Source of the DNA: Burkholderiaceae bacterium
Lineage (GTDB): Bacteria; Pseudomonadota; Gammaproteobacteria; Burkholderiales; Burkholderiaceae
Reading direction: 5' to 3'
Assembly: GCA_947448625.1 (NCBI GenBank)
Contig: CANFOT010000002.1
Coordinates: forward strand, 27,809-91,808
Length of the DNA: 64,000 nt
This document shows positions 9,186 to 18,798 of this stretch, piece by piece (position 1 is the first letter of the stretch; every line of letters starts with the position of its first letter). A program made the position numbers and the translations under genes. The notes under the pieces were generated by a model. The model worked only from the letters and a program-made list of their open reading frames with translations, did no database searches and was not told the DNA's origin.

Positions 9186-10214
9186 ATGCATACTTATTTC
9201 AGTAAAGCCAAATTTGGCGCTATTTCACTTTTGACTGTATTTACCCTTACGGGGCTCCAGAATATTGCCCATGCGCAAACTTCAACAACATCTGATCCTA
9301 AGATGGAGCCCAAGTTAGCGGTAGTGCTGAACTCGGGTGAAGCGACGGTCAGCTTGATTGATATGCCAAGTCGCAAAGTCATGAAGACTCTGCCGATTGG
9401 TAAAGAGCCACATCATTTGATGATGGCTCCAGACCAAAAGACGCTTCTCATTGCTAATGCAGCAGGCAATGATGTTGTCCTGATGAACCCCATTAGTGGT
9501 GAGTTGACTGGCAAGATCCCTGACATTATTGATCCCTACCAAATTGGCTATTCACCGAATCATAAGTGGTTTATTGCGAATGGCAATCGTTTGGATAGGG
9601 TGGATGTCTATCATGCTCAAGGCGCAGATCTGAAGTTGGCTAAATCTATTAAGCTGGGAAAGACGCCAAGTCATATTGCATTCACGGTAGATAGCAAAAC
9701 CGCCTTTATTACCCTCCAAGACTCCAATGAATTAGCTGCAATTGATTTGGATACTCAGGTTGTCATTTGGAAGATGGCTACAGGTAAAGTGCCTGCTGGC
9801 ATCTGGATGACGCCAGGCGATCAATACCTGCTAGTGGGTATTACTGGCGAAGATAATATTCAGGTAATCGATTGGAAAAATCGTAAAGAAGTGAAGCGAA
9901 TCTTTACAGGCAAAGGTGCTCATAACTTCCGTCCATTGGGCGATAAAAAACATGTCTTTGTGAGCAATCGGATTGCGTCAACTATTAGCCTGATTAATAT
10001 GCAGACCTTGGAAAAGGTTGGTGATATTACTGGGTTACCTGCAGGTCCAGATGATATGGAAATTACGCCGGATGGAAAGACCATGTGGGTCACTTTCCGC
10101 TTCTCCAAAAAGGCAGGGGTGATTGATATTCCTACTATGAAGTTGCTTACCGTGATCCCTGTTGGTAAATCCCCGCATGGCGTTTTCTTTACACCGCGAG
10201 CTGGCTGGGAATAA
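9186..10214 (+). CDS. Exported YVTN/YncE-type beta-propeller protein (start probably 9186)
   Basis: Signal peptide ending AHA-Q; repeated blades such as IPVGKSPHG, IFTGKGAHN, MATGKVPAG. Confidence 0.85.
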   Translation: MHTYFSKAKFGAISLLTVFTLTGLQNIAHAQTSTTSDPKMEPKLAVVLNSGEATVSLIDMPSRKVMKTLPIGKEPHHLMMAPDQKTLLIANAAGNDVVLMNPISGELTGKIPDIIDPYQIGYSPNHKWFIANGNRLDRVDVYHAQGADLKLAKSIKLGKTPSHIAFTVDSKTAFITLQDSNELAAIDLDTQVVIWKMATGKVPAGIWMTPGDQYLLVGITGEDNIQVIDWKNRKEVKRIFTGKGAHNFRPLGDKKHVFVSNRIASTISLINMQTLEKVGDITGLPAGPDDMEITPDGKTMWVTFRFSKKAGVIDIPTMKLLTVIPVGKSPHGVFFTPRAGWE

Positions 10215-10222
10215 TTCAGAGA

Positions 10223-10993
10223 ATGCAATTGACAACATCACTTGCAAGACTTGCGGCACTCATTGTTTTAATAATTGTGTCGTCGCTTGGATTTGCACAA
10301 GAGATCAGTTGCAAGAAAACGGTGTATCTCACTTTCGATACCGGTAATATGTCTGTGGCGCAAACAGTTGCTGATATTTTGAAGCGTCAACAGATCAAAG
10401 CTACCTTTTTTCTAGCCAATGAAAAAACCAGTAGGGGTGATTTTTCTTTAGATGATTCCTGGAAATCGTATTGGCAAGAGCGCGTGCGCGAAGGTCATCA
10501 CTTTGGTAGCCATACCTATGACCATGTCTATTTTGTAAAAGATGGTCCAAGTGGTGAAATTTTTGTAAAACCGCAATTTGGCCCTAAGGCTGGTGTAGCT
10601 ACGCTCTACAACGAGGCAGCTTATTGCAGGGAAATTCGTCGGGTAGATGACCGCTTTACGGAGCTAACCGGTTCAAGCCTACAAAAGATCTGGCGTGCTC
10701 CTGGCGGCAAGACCTCCTTGCGTTCAACCAGAATGGGTGCCCAGTGCGGGTATCAACATATTGGCTGGCACCCAGCTGGATTCTTGGGCGATGAACTGAA
10801 TTCTCAGACACATCCCAATCAGGTGCTTTTGGATAAAGCGAGCAAGCAAATTCAAGATGGTGATGTCACGATGGCCCATTTAGGCATTTGGTCGCGCAAG
10901 GATCCCTGGGCTCCAGCAGTTTTAGAGCAATTAATTGTCAATTTGAAGGGGCGCGGCTTTTGTTTTGCAACCCTGCCAAAACAGGATAAATAA
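10223..10993 (+). CDS. Polysaccharide deacetylase (CE4/NodB) family protein, exported
   Basis: VYLTFDTG, ATFF, HHFGSHTYDH, RAPGG, MAH; signal peptide. Confidence 0.88.
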   Translation: MQLTTSLARLAALIVLIIVSSLGFAQEISCKKTVYLTFDTGNMSVAQTVADILKRQQIKATFFLANEKTSRGDFSLDDSWKSYWQERVREGHHFGSHTYDHVYFVKDGPSGEIFVKPQFGPKAGVATLYNEAAYCREIRRVDDRFTELTGSSLQKIWRAPGGKTSLRSTRMGAQCGYQHIGWHPAGFLGDELNSQTHPNQVLLDKASKQIQDGDVTMAHLGIWSRKDPWAPAVLEQLIVNLKGRGFCFATLPKQDK

Positions 10994-11008
10994 GTCACAA
11001 TTGGGGAT

Positions 11009-11986
11009 ATGGATTCCAATCCTTTGATAGCCACCATCGCCGCAGCCTACGCTAGCACTCAAGAGTTCTTGTTTGCTCATGTGGCTGGACCGCTTTTATA
11101 TCAATTTGATCTCATGTCGATGGCAGAGGATGTTTTTGATGGTATCGATTGGTTTCTCTTTGGATGTATTCAAATCTTGCTGATCGCCGTCATTTTGCGT
11201 ACTTGGGAGAGATTTGTGCCAGCAGAGAAGCAGGAGCGATTTTCCAAAGCCTCTAAGGCAGATATTTTTTATACCCTGTTTCATCGTCTGGGTATTTTTC
11301 ATGGACTGATCTTTCTTGCCTTATCGGGATTTTTCTTTCAGATTGACTCTGTACTGCATGACTTTCGTTTTGGTAGGCTGAATGTTGAGTCTTGGTGGCC
11401 ATCAGTGACCTCTATCCCTGCAGTCAGTTTTTGCATCTATTTTGTGTTGTTAGACTTTGTGGAGTATGTATATCACCGTGCTTCACATACCTTTAATTGG
11501 TGGTGGCAACTGCATTCCTTGCATCACAGTCAAACCGTCATGACTGCCTGGTCTGATGATCGCAATCACATTCTTGATAGCATCTTGCATGCTGTGGTGT
11601 TTTCATTCTTCGCGCTACTATTTGGCGTTTCGCCTAGTCAATTTATTTTGCTGGTGGTCTTCAGTCAATTCATCCAAAGTTGGCAACACGCTAATCTGAA
11701 GATTGACCTTGGCTCTTTCAAGTATTTATTAGTGTCCCCGATGTATCACCGAATGCATCATGCTGTTGGGTATGGCTACGAGGTTAAAGGTAAGCCGGGT
11801 GTTTTGGGGGGGTGTAATTTTGGCGTCTTGTTTCCATGGTGGGATTTGTTATTCAATACTGCGATATTCCCAAACGAAGTCCATCCTACTGGAGTTAGGG
11901 GTCTAGCTTTTTCACCCAAGGTATTGCATCAGCAGTGGCAGGGTTTGATTCATTCAGTACGTGAAATTTTCCCCGGGACAAAATAA
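11009..11986 (+). CDS. Sterol desaturase / fatty acid hydroxylase family membrane protein
   Basis: His boxes HRASH, HSLHH, QHAN, HRMHH and NFG..F.WWD.LF. Confidence 0.9.
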   Translation: MDSNPLIATIAAAYASTQEFLFAHVAGPLLYQFDLMSMAEDVFDGIDWFLFGCIQILLIAVILRTWERFVPAEKQERFSKASKADIFYTLFHRLGIFHGLIFLALSGFFFQIDSVLHDFRFGRLNVESWWPSVTSIPAVSFCIYFVLLDFVEYVYHRASHTFNWWWQLHSLHHSQTVMTAWSDDRNHILDSILHAVVFSFFALLFGVSPSQFILLVVFSQFIQSWQHANLKIDLGSFKYLLVSPMYHRMHHAVGYGYEVKGKPGVLGGCNFGVLFPWWDLLFNTAIFPNEVHPTGVRGLAFSPKVLHQQWQGLIHSVREIFPGTK

Positions 11987-12019
11987 AACCAGAAGTTCAT
12001 TTGGTAGCAATGGAAATCT

Positions 12020-12889
12020 ATGGATAGCATTCAACAAATATTTAGGTCTTTTGGTTTGGCTTTGTTTGGCACGATGCATCCCAAGATGCTCTGGTTGAGC
12101 CTGCGCCCATTTTTAATTGTCTCGGTTTTGTGGGGTTGTTTAATTTGGTTGACCTGGGCGCCGGCATTGGAGATGCTCAGCATTTTTCTGACCACCTCAA
12201 TCTTTACTAGTTGGATTCAGGATGGCTTGATCTGGGCGGGATTTGAAAACGCCCGCGCATGGATTGCGCCACTGTTTTTTGTGATGCTGCTGATACCATT
12301 AATTTCTATTAGCCTCTTAGTCTTCATTGCCTTCACTACAGTGCCTTCAATTGTTAAAAGTATTGCTCGACAGCATGCTTACAAAGATCTTGAGAGGAGG
12401 AGGGGTGGCGGCTTATTCGGAAGCTTCTTTTACACCATTTGGTCTGCTTTGATTTGTTTGGCGTTAGTGATGTTGACCTTGCCAGTGTGGTGGATACCAC
12501 CCTTAGTTGCAGTTTTGCCGCCGCTACTATGGGGTTGGCTAACTATGCGATTAATGTCTTATGACGTTCTGGCTCAGCATGCTACTACCCAAGAGCGAGA
12601 TCTGCTGTTGCATCAACACCGCTGGCCACTATTCGTCATGGGTATTGTTTCTGGCATGCTTGGGGCTGTTCCTACATTCTTTTGGGCTAGCTCTGCATTA
12701 GCTTTAGTTTTATTCCCTGTGGTGAGTTTTGTTGCGCTTTGGATTTATTCCTTAATCTTTGTGTTTGCCGCGCTGTGGTTCACACACTATTTGCTTGAAG
12801 CCTTAAAAGATCTTCGCAGGAACGAATTAGATCAATCTTTAAATATTGAAGCACGTGTAATTGATATGGAGCGCCCGTACCATGGTTGA
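12020..12889 (+). CDS. EI24/CysZ-like domain membrane protein
   Basis: Multi-TM protein; recognised from overall pattern (YDVLAQHA...ER) and conserved position before COG1058-glnA in Burkholderiales. Confidence 0.75.
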   Translation: MDSIQQIFRSFGLALFGTMHPKMLWLSLRPFLIVSVLWGCLIWLTWAPALEMLSIFLTTSIFTSWIQDGLIWAGFENARAWIAPLFFVMLLIPLISISLLVFIAFTTVPSIVKSIARQHAYKDLERRRGGGLFGSFFYTIWSALICLALVMLTLPVWWIPPLVAVLPPLLWGWLTMRLMSYDVLAQHATTQERDLLLHQHRWPLFVMGIVSGMLGAVPTFFWASSALALVLFPVVSFVALWIYSLIFVFAALWFTHYLLEALKDLRRNELDQSLNIEARVIDMERPYHG

Positions 12890-13745
12890 GGAATTGAAGC
12901 AGGTCAGCGTTGATGTGCCTGATGTGAAGGCGCGTCGCTTTGGTTTAATTGTGATTGGCGATGAAATTTTGTCTGGTCGCCGTCAAGATAAACACCTCAG
13001 TAAATTGATAGAGCTCCTGAATGAGCGTGGTTTGAGTCTGTCTTGGGCTAAATATGTGGCGGATGATCCCGAGCAAATTACAGCCACTCTAAAAGACAGC
13101 TTTGAAATTGGGGACGTTGTTTTTAGTACTGGTGGTATCGGCGCCACCCCTGATGACCACACGCGGCAATGTGCTGCATTGGCTTTGGGCACTAAGACGG
13201 AGTTGCATCCAAGAGCGCAAGAACTGATAGCAGGGCGTATTCAGTCGATGGCCGAAGGTGATCCGATCAAAGCGGATCTGAAGACTCCGGAAAATCAACA
13301 TCGCTTCAAGATGGGTGAGTTCCCGTTGGGTAGTGACATCATCCCGAATCCCTATAACCAGATACCTGGATTTAGCATTCAAGAGCACTACTTTGTACCT
13401 GGTTTTCCGGTGATGGCATCCCCTATGATGGCCTGGTGCCTTGATACCTACTATCAAGACCTATTCCATCGTGAAAACTGGGCTGAGCAGAGTTTTATTG
13501 TTCCCAAGGGCGTTGAGTCAACCCTAACGCCCTTAATGGAGCGGATTGAGGCTACTTTCCCAGGGGTCAAGGTGTTTAGCTTGCCTTCTGTTGGTGACTC
13601 CAGCAAAGTGGGCGTCTATGCAGAGCGCCATATTGAATTAGGCATTAAGGGCAATGCAAACTTACTGGAAAGTGCTTGGATTGTGTTGCGCACCGGTACT
13701 GAGGCTTTGGGTTATGCCATTCACGATATTTCAATATCTGAGTAA
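12882..13745 (+). CDS. Stand-alone CinA N-terminal (COG1058, molybdopterin-binding-like) protein
   Basis: IGDEILSG, VADD, GGIGATPDDHT, PGFP motifs; no PncC domain. Confidence 0.88.
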   Translation: MVEELKQVSVDVPDVKARRFGLIVIGDEILSGRRQDKHLSKLIELLNERGLSLSWAKYVADDPEQITATLKDSFEIGDVVFSTGGIGATPDDHTRQCAALALGTKTELHPRAQELIAGRIQSMAEGDPIKADLKTPENQHRFKMGEFPLGSDIIPNPYNQIPGFSIQEHYFVPGFPVMASPMMAWCLDTYYQDLFHRENWAEQSFIVPKGVESTLTPLMERIEATFPGVKVFSLPSVGDSSKVGVYAERHIELGIKGNANLLESAWIVLRTGTEALGYAIHDISISE

Positions 13746-13761
13746 GCACTTATTTGGTGCA
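13745..13761. promoter_or_regulatory. NtrC binding site 1 upstream of glnA
   Basis: AGCACTTATTTGGTGCA versus consensus TGCACCA-N3-TGGTGCA. Confidence 0.7.
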
Positions 13762-13796
13762 AATTGAGTATTTTTTAGTGTTTTGAGGGGTATTTG

Positions 13797-13813
13797 AGCA
13801 CTTAATTAGTGCA
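13797..13813. promoter_or_regulatory. NtrC binding site 2 upstream of glnA
   Basis: AGCACTTAATTAGTGCA, 52 bp (about 5 helical turns) from site 1. Confidence 0.7.
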
Positions 13814-13942
13814 ATAATGGCTGTTCCCGTTTGTTTGCTTCAGTAAATTAGATACATCCCAAGGGCATATTTGATGCCTGGAATGAACAAGGGTGTACAC
13901 CTTAAGTTTGTATTCCGAATTTAGTTAATAGAGGAGATTTGC

Positions 13943-15358
13943 ATGACGAAGACCGTCGCTGATGTGATGAAGTTGGTAAAAGAGAAAGAATGTACTTTCG
14001 TTGATTTCCGCTTTGTAGATACAAAGGGTAAAGAGCAACACACAACAGTACCTATTTCCCATTTTGACGAAGATAAGTTTGAGAGCGGTCATGCATTTGA
14101 CGGTTCATCTATTGCTGGTTGGAAGGGTATTGAAGCTTCTGACATGTTGTTGATGCCAGATCCAACAGCTTGTTATATCGATCCATTCTATGAAGAGCCA
14201 ACATTGGTGATCACATGTGATGTGATCGAGCCTTCAGATGGCAAAGGTTACGATCGTGACCCACGCTCGATCGCTAAACGCGCCGAATCTTATTTAAAAA
14301 GCACCGGCTTAGGCGATACAGCTTATTTTGGTCCAGAGCCAGAATTCTTTATTTTTGATGGCGTCCGTTGGGGTGCTGACATGCAGGGTTGTTTCGTTAA
14401 GGTTGATTCTGAAGAGGCTCCATGGTCTTCAGCTGCTGAAATCGAAGGCGGCAATACCGGTCACCGTCCAGGTAAAAAGGGAGGCTACTTCCCAGTTGCT
14501 CCAGTAGATACATTTCATGACATGCGCTCTGAAATGTGTTTGATTCTCGAATCATTGGGTATTCCTGTTGAAGTGCATCACCATGAAGTTGCTGGTCAAG
14601 GCCAAAACGAATTGGGTACCAAGTTCAGTACATTGGTAGAGCGTGCTGACTGGACTATCTGGCAGAAATACGTTGTTCAAAACGTTGCTCACGCATACGG
14701 CAAGACAGCAACATTTATGCCTAAACCTATTGTTGGTGATAACGGTTCTGGTATGCACGTTCACCAATCCATTTGGAAGAATGGTGAGAACTTATTTGCT
14801 GGTAATGGTTACGCAGGTTTGTCAGAGTTCGCATTGTTTTACATTGGCGGCATCATCAAGCATGCTAAGGCATTGAATGCGATTACTAATCCAGGCACAA
14901 ACTCATATAAGCGTTTGGTTCCAGGCTTCGAGGCTCCGGTGAAGTTGGCTTACTCAGCACGTAACCGTTCTGCTTCTATTCGTATTCCACACGTTTCTAG
15001 TCCTAAGGGTCGCCGTATTGAGACTCGCTTCCCTGATCCATTGGCTAACCCATACCTCTGCTTCTCAGCATTGATGATGGCAGGTTTAGATGGTGTTCAG
15101 AATAAGATTCACCCAGGTGAAGCTGCTGATAAGAACTTGTATGATTTGCCACCAGAAGAAGATGCAAAGATCCCAACCGTTTGTGCAAGCTTGGAAGAGG
15201 CATTAGAAGCTTTAAACAAAGATCGTGAGTTCTTGACTCGCGGCGGTGTCTTTACTGACTCTATGATCGACGCATATATCGCCTTGAAGATGGAAGATGT
15301 CACACGTTTCCGTATGACTACTCATCCGATCGAATTCGATATGTACTACTCCCTGTAA
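13943..15358 (+). CDS. glnA: Glutamine synthetase type I
   Basis: [33 protein letters not shown], adenylylation site NLYDLP; SD AGGAG. Confidence 0.99.
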   Translation: MTKTVADVMKLVKEKECTFVDFRFVDTKGKEQHTTVPISHFDEDKFESGHAFDGSSIAGWKGIEASDMLLMPDPTACYIDPFYEEPTLVITCDVIEPSDGKGYDRDPRSIAKRAESYLKSTGLGDTAYFGPEPEFFIFDGVRWGADMQGCFVKVDSEEAPWSSAAEIEGGNTGHRPGKKGGYFPVAPVDTFHDMRSEMCLILESLGIPVEVHHHEVAGQGQNELGTKFSTLVERADWTIWQKYVVQNVAHAYGKTATFMPKPIVGDNGSGMHVHQSIWKNGENLFAGNGYAGLSEFALFYIGGIIKHAKALNAITNPGTNSYKRLVPGFEAPVKLAYSARNRSASIRIPHVSSPKGRRIETRFPDPLANPYLCFSALMMAGLDGVQNKIHPGEAADKNLYDLPPEEDAKIPTVCASLEEALEALNKDREFLTRGGVFTDSMIDAYIALKMEDVTRFRMTTHPIEFDMYYSL

Positions 15359-15369
15359 GCGAAGGAGAA

Positions 15370-16506
15370 ATGTTGAGCGCAGGTCTGTTGCGCAATTCGT
15401 TCAAAGGGGCAGCTTCGGCTGCTCCTTTTTTTCCGACATTGCTTGATCAGATGCCCAATGCCATCGTGGTATTTGAGGCTGAGAACCAACAATTGGTTTA
15501 TGTGAATCCTGCTGCAGAGTCTGCATTGGATCTTTCGCGTAAATCACTTGAGGGGCAGTCTGTGCACAACTTGTTTGGTGATAACCAGTCAATTAAGCGG
15601 ATGATTGAGGAAGTCAAAGCAGGTCACGTATCTGCTCAGCGTCAAGAAATGGTGTTGCATTCTTTGCCTGGCAGCATTCATCAGGAATCGATTCCTGCTC
15701 ACGTAGTGGTGGCAAGTCTTGAGGATCCATCCCTCATCATGATGGAGTGGTTTCCAATTGATCAGCAATTACGTAGTGAGCGTGATGAGCGTGTGACACA
15801 GCAGGTGGAAGCGAATAAGCAGTTAATGCGTAACTTAGCGCATGAAATTAAAAATCCTTTGGGCGGCATTCGTGGTGCAGCCCAATTGCTCGAGTTTGAG
15901 CTACCAGATAAAGGCTTGCGTGAGTACACACAAGTCATTATCAAGGAGTCAGATCGACTGCAGAACCTGGTAGATAGACTACTGGCACCGCATCGTAAAG
16001 CGCATGCGATGGAATCGTTCAATGTCCATGAGGCCTTGGAGCGTGTACGTAGCCTAGTCTTGGCCGAGTTTCCTAAGGGCCTACGAATTATTCGTAACTA
16101 CGATACCAGCCTTCCTGAAGTATTGGGTGACCGTGAACAGTTAATTCAGGCCGTCTTGAATATTGCCCATAATGCCGCACAAGCTCTTTCGGAAGAAATC
16201 CAACAAGGCATTGCCCAAATTGAGTTGAAGACTAGGGTGGCTAGGTCAGTCACCATCTCTAAGCAACGCTACAAGATGGCGATGGATTTGCACGTGATTG
16301 ATAACGGCCCAGGAATTCCCGAAGATATTCGTGAGCGAATTTTTTTTCCATTAGTTTCAGGCAGAGATGGCGGCAGCGGTCTTGGCCTTACCCTGGCGCA
16401 AACTTTTGTGCAGCAGCATCAAGGTTTTATCGCTTGTGACAGTCGCCCTGGGCGGACTGATTTCCATATTCAAATTCCTTACCGTAGGCAGGAGAAACTA
16501 TTATGA
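15370..16506 (+). CDS. ntrB: Nitrogen regulation sensor kinase NtrB (start uncertain: 15370/15373 or ~15439-15451)
   Basis: PAS domain, [20 protein letters not shown]-box, DNGPG, GSGLGL. Confidence 0.95.
   Translation: MLSAGLLRNSFKGAASAAPFFPTLLDQMPNAIVVFEAENQQLVYVNPAAESALDLSRKSLEGQSVHNLFGDNQSIKRMIEEVKAGHVSAQRQEMVLHSLPGSIHQESIPAHVVVASLEDPSLIMMEWFPIDQQLRSERDERVTQQVEANKQLMRNLAHEIKNPLGGIRGAAQLLEFELPDKGLREYTQVIIKESDRLQNLVDRLLAPHRKAHAMESFNVHEALERVRSLVLAEFPKGLRIIRNYDTSLPEVLGDREQLIQAVLNIAHNAAQALSEEIQQGIAQIELKTRVARSVTISKQRYKMAMDLHVIDNGPGIPEDIRERIFFPLVSGRDGGSGLGLTLAQTFVQQHQGFIACDSRPGRTDFHIQIPYRRQEKLL
15403..15432 (+). terminator. Intrinsic terminator downstream of glnA, inside the ORF-predicted ntrB 5' end
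   Basis: AAAGGGGCAGC-TTCG-GCTGCTCCTTT hairpin running into a T7 tract. Confidence 0.75.
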
Positions 16507-17951
16507 AACCCGTTTGGATCGTGGACGATGATCAATCGATTCGCTGGGTGCTAGAAAAAGCACTGACTCGTGAGAACATTCCTCATAAGAGTTTTTCCAA
16601 TCCTAATGATGTACTCAATGCACTGGAGAAGGATAGCCCGGAGGTGTTGATTTCTGATATTCGCATGCCGCGCGGCAATGGCTTGGATCTTTTGCAGAAT
16701 GTAAAAGAGACTCACCCCATGCTTCCCGTGATCATTATGACCGCTTATTCTGATTTGGATTCGGCGGTCTCATCTTTTCAAGGGGGCGCTTTTGAGTACC
16801 TTACGAAGCCATTTGACATTGATAAGGCTGTAGAGTTAATTCGTCGAGCAATGGAGCAGAGCGAGCGAAATCAATCTGGCAATAAAGAGATAAATGGTTG
16901 GAGGCAAGATTCGACTGAAATTATTGGTCAAGCCCCAGCAATGCAGGAAGTTTTTAGGGCGATTGGCCGTCTTGCCCAATCCCACTCAACGGTATTAATT
17001 ACTGGTGAGTCTGGCACTGGCAAGGAGTTAGTAGCTCAAGCCTTGCACAAGCACAGTCCGCGTGCTAAAGGTCCTTTTGTTGTCTTTAGCACTGCAGCAG
17101 TACCTAAGGATTTATTGGAGTCGGAGTTGTTTGGTCACGAGCGAGGGGCATTTCCTGGCGCTTTAACCCTTCGGCGTGGACGCTTTGAGCAGGCTGACGG
17201 TGGCACTTTATTTCTAGATGAGATTGGTGACATTCCCTTTGAGCTGCAAACTCGCTTATTGCGGGCACTAACCGATGGTCATTTTTATCGAGTTGGAGGG
17301 CAAGATCCGATTAAAGCCAATGTACGTATCATTGCATCGACACACCAAAATCTTGAAGCTCGAGTTGCTGCTGGTGCTTTCCGTGAGGATTTACTACATC
17401 GCTTAAATGTCATACGCTTGCGGATGCCTGCTTTGCGTGAACGAGCTGAAGATATTCCGGTATTGGCTCGTCATTTTATGTTGTCATGCGCAAAGTCTTT
17501 AGGTGTTGAGGCTAAAAAACTCTCGGATGAGGCTTTAAAAGAAATTGCCGTTATGCCGTTTCCTGGCAATGTCCGTCAGTTAGAGAATCTTTGTCATTGG
17601 CTCACAGTGATGACCCCATCAAATCTGATTGGTAGTAGCGATTTACCTGCTGACATTCTTGCAGAGGCTAGTGAGCATCCGGTGTTATTGCAAGGTGAAA
17701 ATCCTTCATTTCCAGTTCCTGCCAGAGCTGCTGCGATTGATTGGGAGAGTGGGCTAAGTCGATTGGCAGTCAAAATGCTTCAGGATGGTGATGCAGGTGT
17801 ATACGATGCTCTATGCTCTAAATTTGAAAAAGCAGTCTTACAAGCTGCTCTTGAGGTGACGCGCGGTAGGCGCGTTGAGGCTGCGCAGCGCCTTGGTATT
17901 GGCCGAAATACGATTACTCGGAAGCTACAGGAGTTAGGAATCGATGACTGA
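16503..17951 (+). CDS. ntrC: Nitrogen regulation response regulator NtrC
   Basis: Receiver ([19 protein letters not shown]), AAA+ ([15 protein letters not shown]), Fis-type HTH ([11 protein letters not shown]). Confidence 0.97.
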   Translation: MKPVWIVDDDQSIRWVLEKALTRENIPHKSFSNPNDVLNALEKDSPEVLISDIRMPRGNGLDLLQNVKETHPMLPVIIMTAYSDLDSAVSSFQGGAFEYLTKPFDIDKAVELIRRAMEQSERNQSGNKEINGWRQDSTEIIGQAPAMQEVFRAIGRLAQSHSTVLITGESGTGKELVAQALHKHSPRAKGPFVVFSTAAVPKDLLESELFGHERGAFPGALTLRRGRFEQADGGTLFLDEIGDIPFELQTRLLRALTDGHFYRVGGQDPIKANVRIIASTHQNLEARVAAGAFREDLLHRLNVIRLRMPALRERAEDIPVLARHFMLSCAKSLGVEAKKLSDEALKEIAVMPFPGNVRQLENLCHWLTVMTPSNLIGSSDLPADILAEASEHPVLLQGENPSFPVPARAAAIDWESGLSRLAVKMLQDGDAGVYDALCSKFEKAVLQAALEVTRGRRVEAAQRLGIGRNTITRKLQELGIDD

Positions 17952-18789
17952 GTTGGTTCGCATAGCAGCCTGGAACGTAAATTCACTCAAGGTTCGTTTA
18001 CCCCAGGTATTGAAGTGGTTGTTGGATCAAGAAAAGGCAAAGAAGCCGATTGATGCTCTGTGTCTTCAGGAGCTCAAGATGACGGATGATAAGTATCCGC
18101 ATCAAGAGCTCGAGGAGGCTGGGTATCTTAGTTTGGCTGCGGGGCAGAAAACCTATAACGGAGTTGCCATTATTGTCCGCAGAGCGGCCTTGGCCCCCAT
18201 TGCTGCCGATCTGGAAACTACATTTCTAAAGCCGATTAGAAATATTCCGGGGAGCGCAGATGAGCAGCAGCGCATCTTGGCTGCCACAGTTTGCTTCAAG
18301 GGCATGCAACCCATTCGTCTTGTTTCAGCTTATTTCCCTAATGGACAATCTCCCGATAGCGATAAGTTTGTTTATAAATTGGGTTGGCTTAAATCTCTGG
18401 AAGATTGGCTAAGAGAGGAGCTGACTCAGAATGCTCGCTTGGCACTCTTGGGGGACTTCAACATCGCACCGAGTGATGATGATGTGCATGATCCTTCGAA
18501 GTGGATTGGGCAGAATCTCGTATCTCCGCCAGAGAGAGAAGCATTTCGGCAACTATTGAACCTGGGCTTAACTGACTCCTTCAGGATGTTTGAGCAAGCG
18601 CCTAAATCATTTAGCTGGTGGGATTACCGGATGATGGGCTTTCGAAGAAATGCTGGAATGCGGATTGATCACATTCTTCTAAGTGATGCGCTCAAAGAAA
18701 AATGCAGTGCGAGTCTAATTGATAAAGAACCTCGCACCTGGGAGCAGCCCTCAGACCATGCCCCCGTCATCGCAGAAATTCAAGCCTAG
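17944..18789 (+). CDS. xth: Exodeoxyribonuclease III
   Basis: WNVNS, LQELK, YNGVA, GDFN, WWDYR, RIDH, SDHAPV. Confidence 0.95.
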   Translation: MTELVRIAAWNVNSLKVRLPQVLKWLLDQEKAKKPIDALCLQELKMTDDKYPHQELEEAGYLSLAAGQKTYNGVAIIVRRAALAPIAADLETTFLKPIRNIPGSADEQQRILAATVCFKGMQPIRLVSAYFPNGQSPDSDKFVYKLGWLKSLEDWLREELTQNARLALLGDFNIAPSDDDVHDPSKWIGQNLVSPPEREAFRQLLNLGLTDSFRMFEQAPKSFSWWDYRMMGFRRNAGMRIDHILLSDALKEKCSASLIDKEPRTWEQPSDHAPVIAEIQA

Positions 18790-18798
18790 CTCTCAGAT

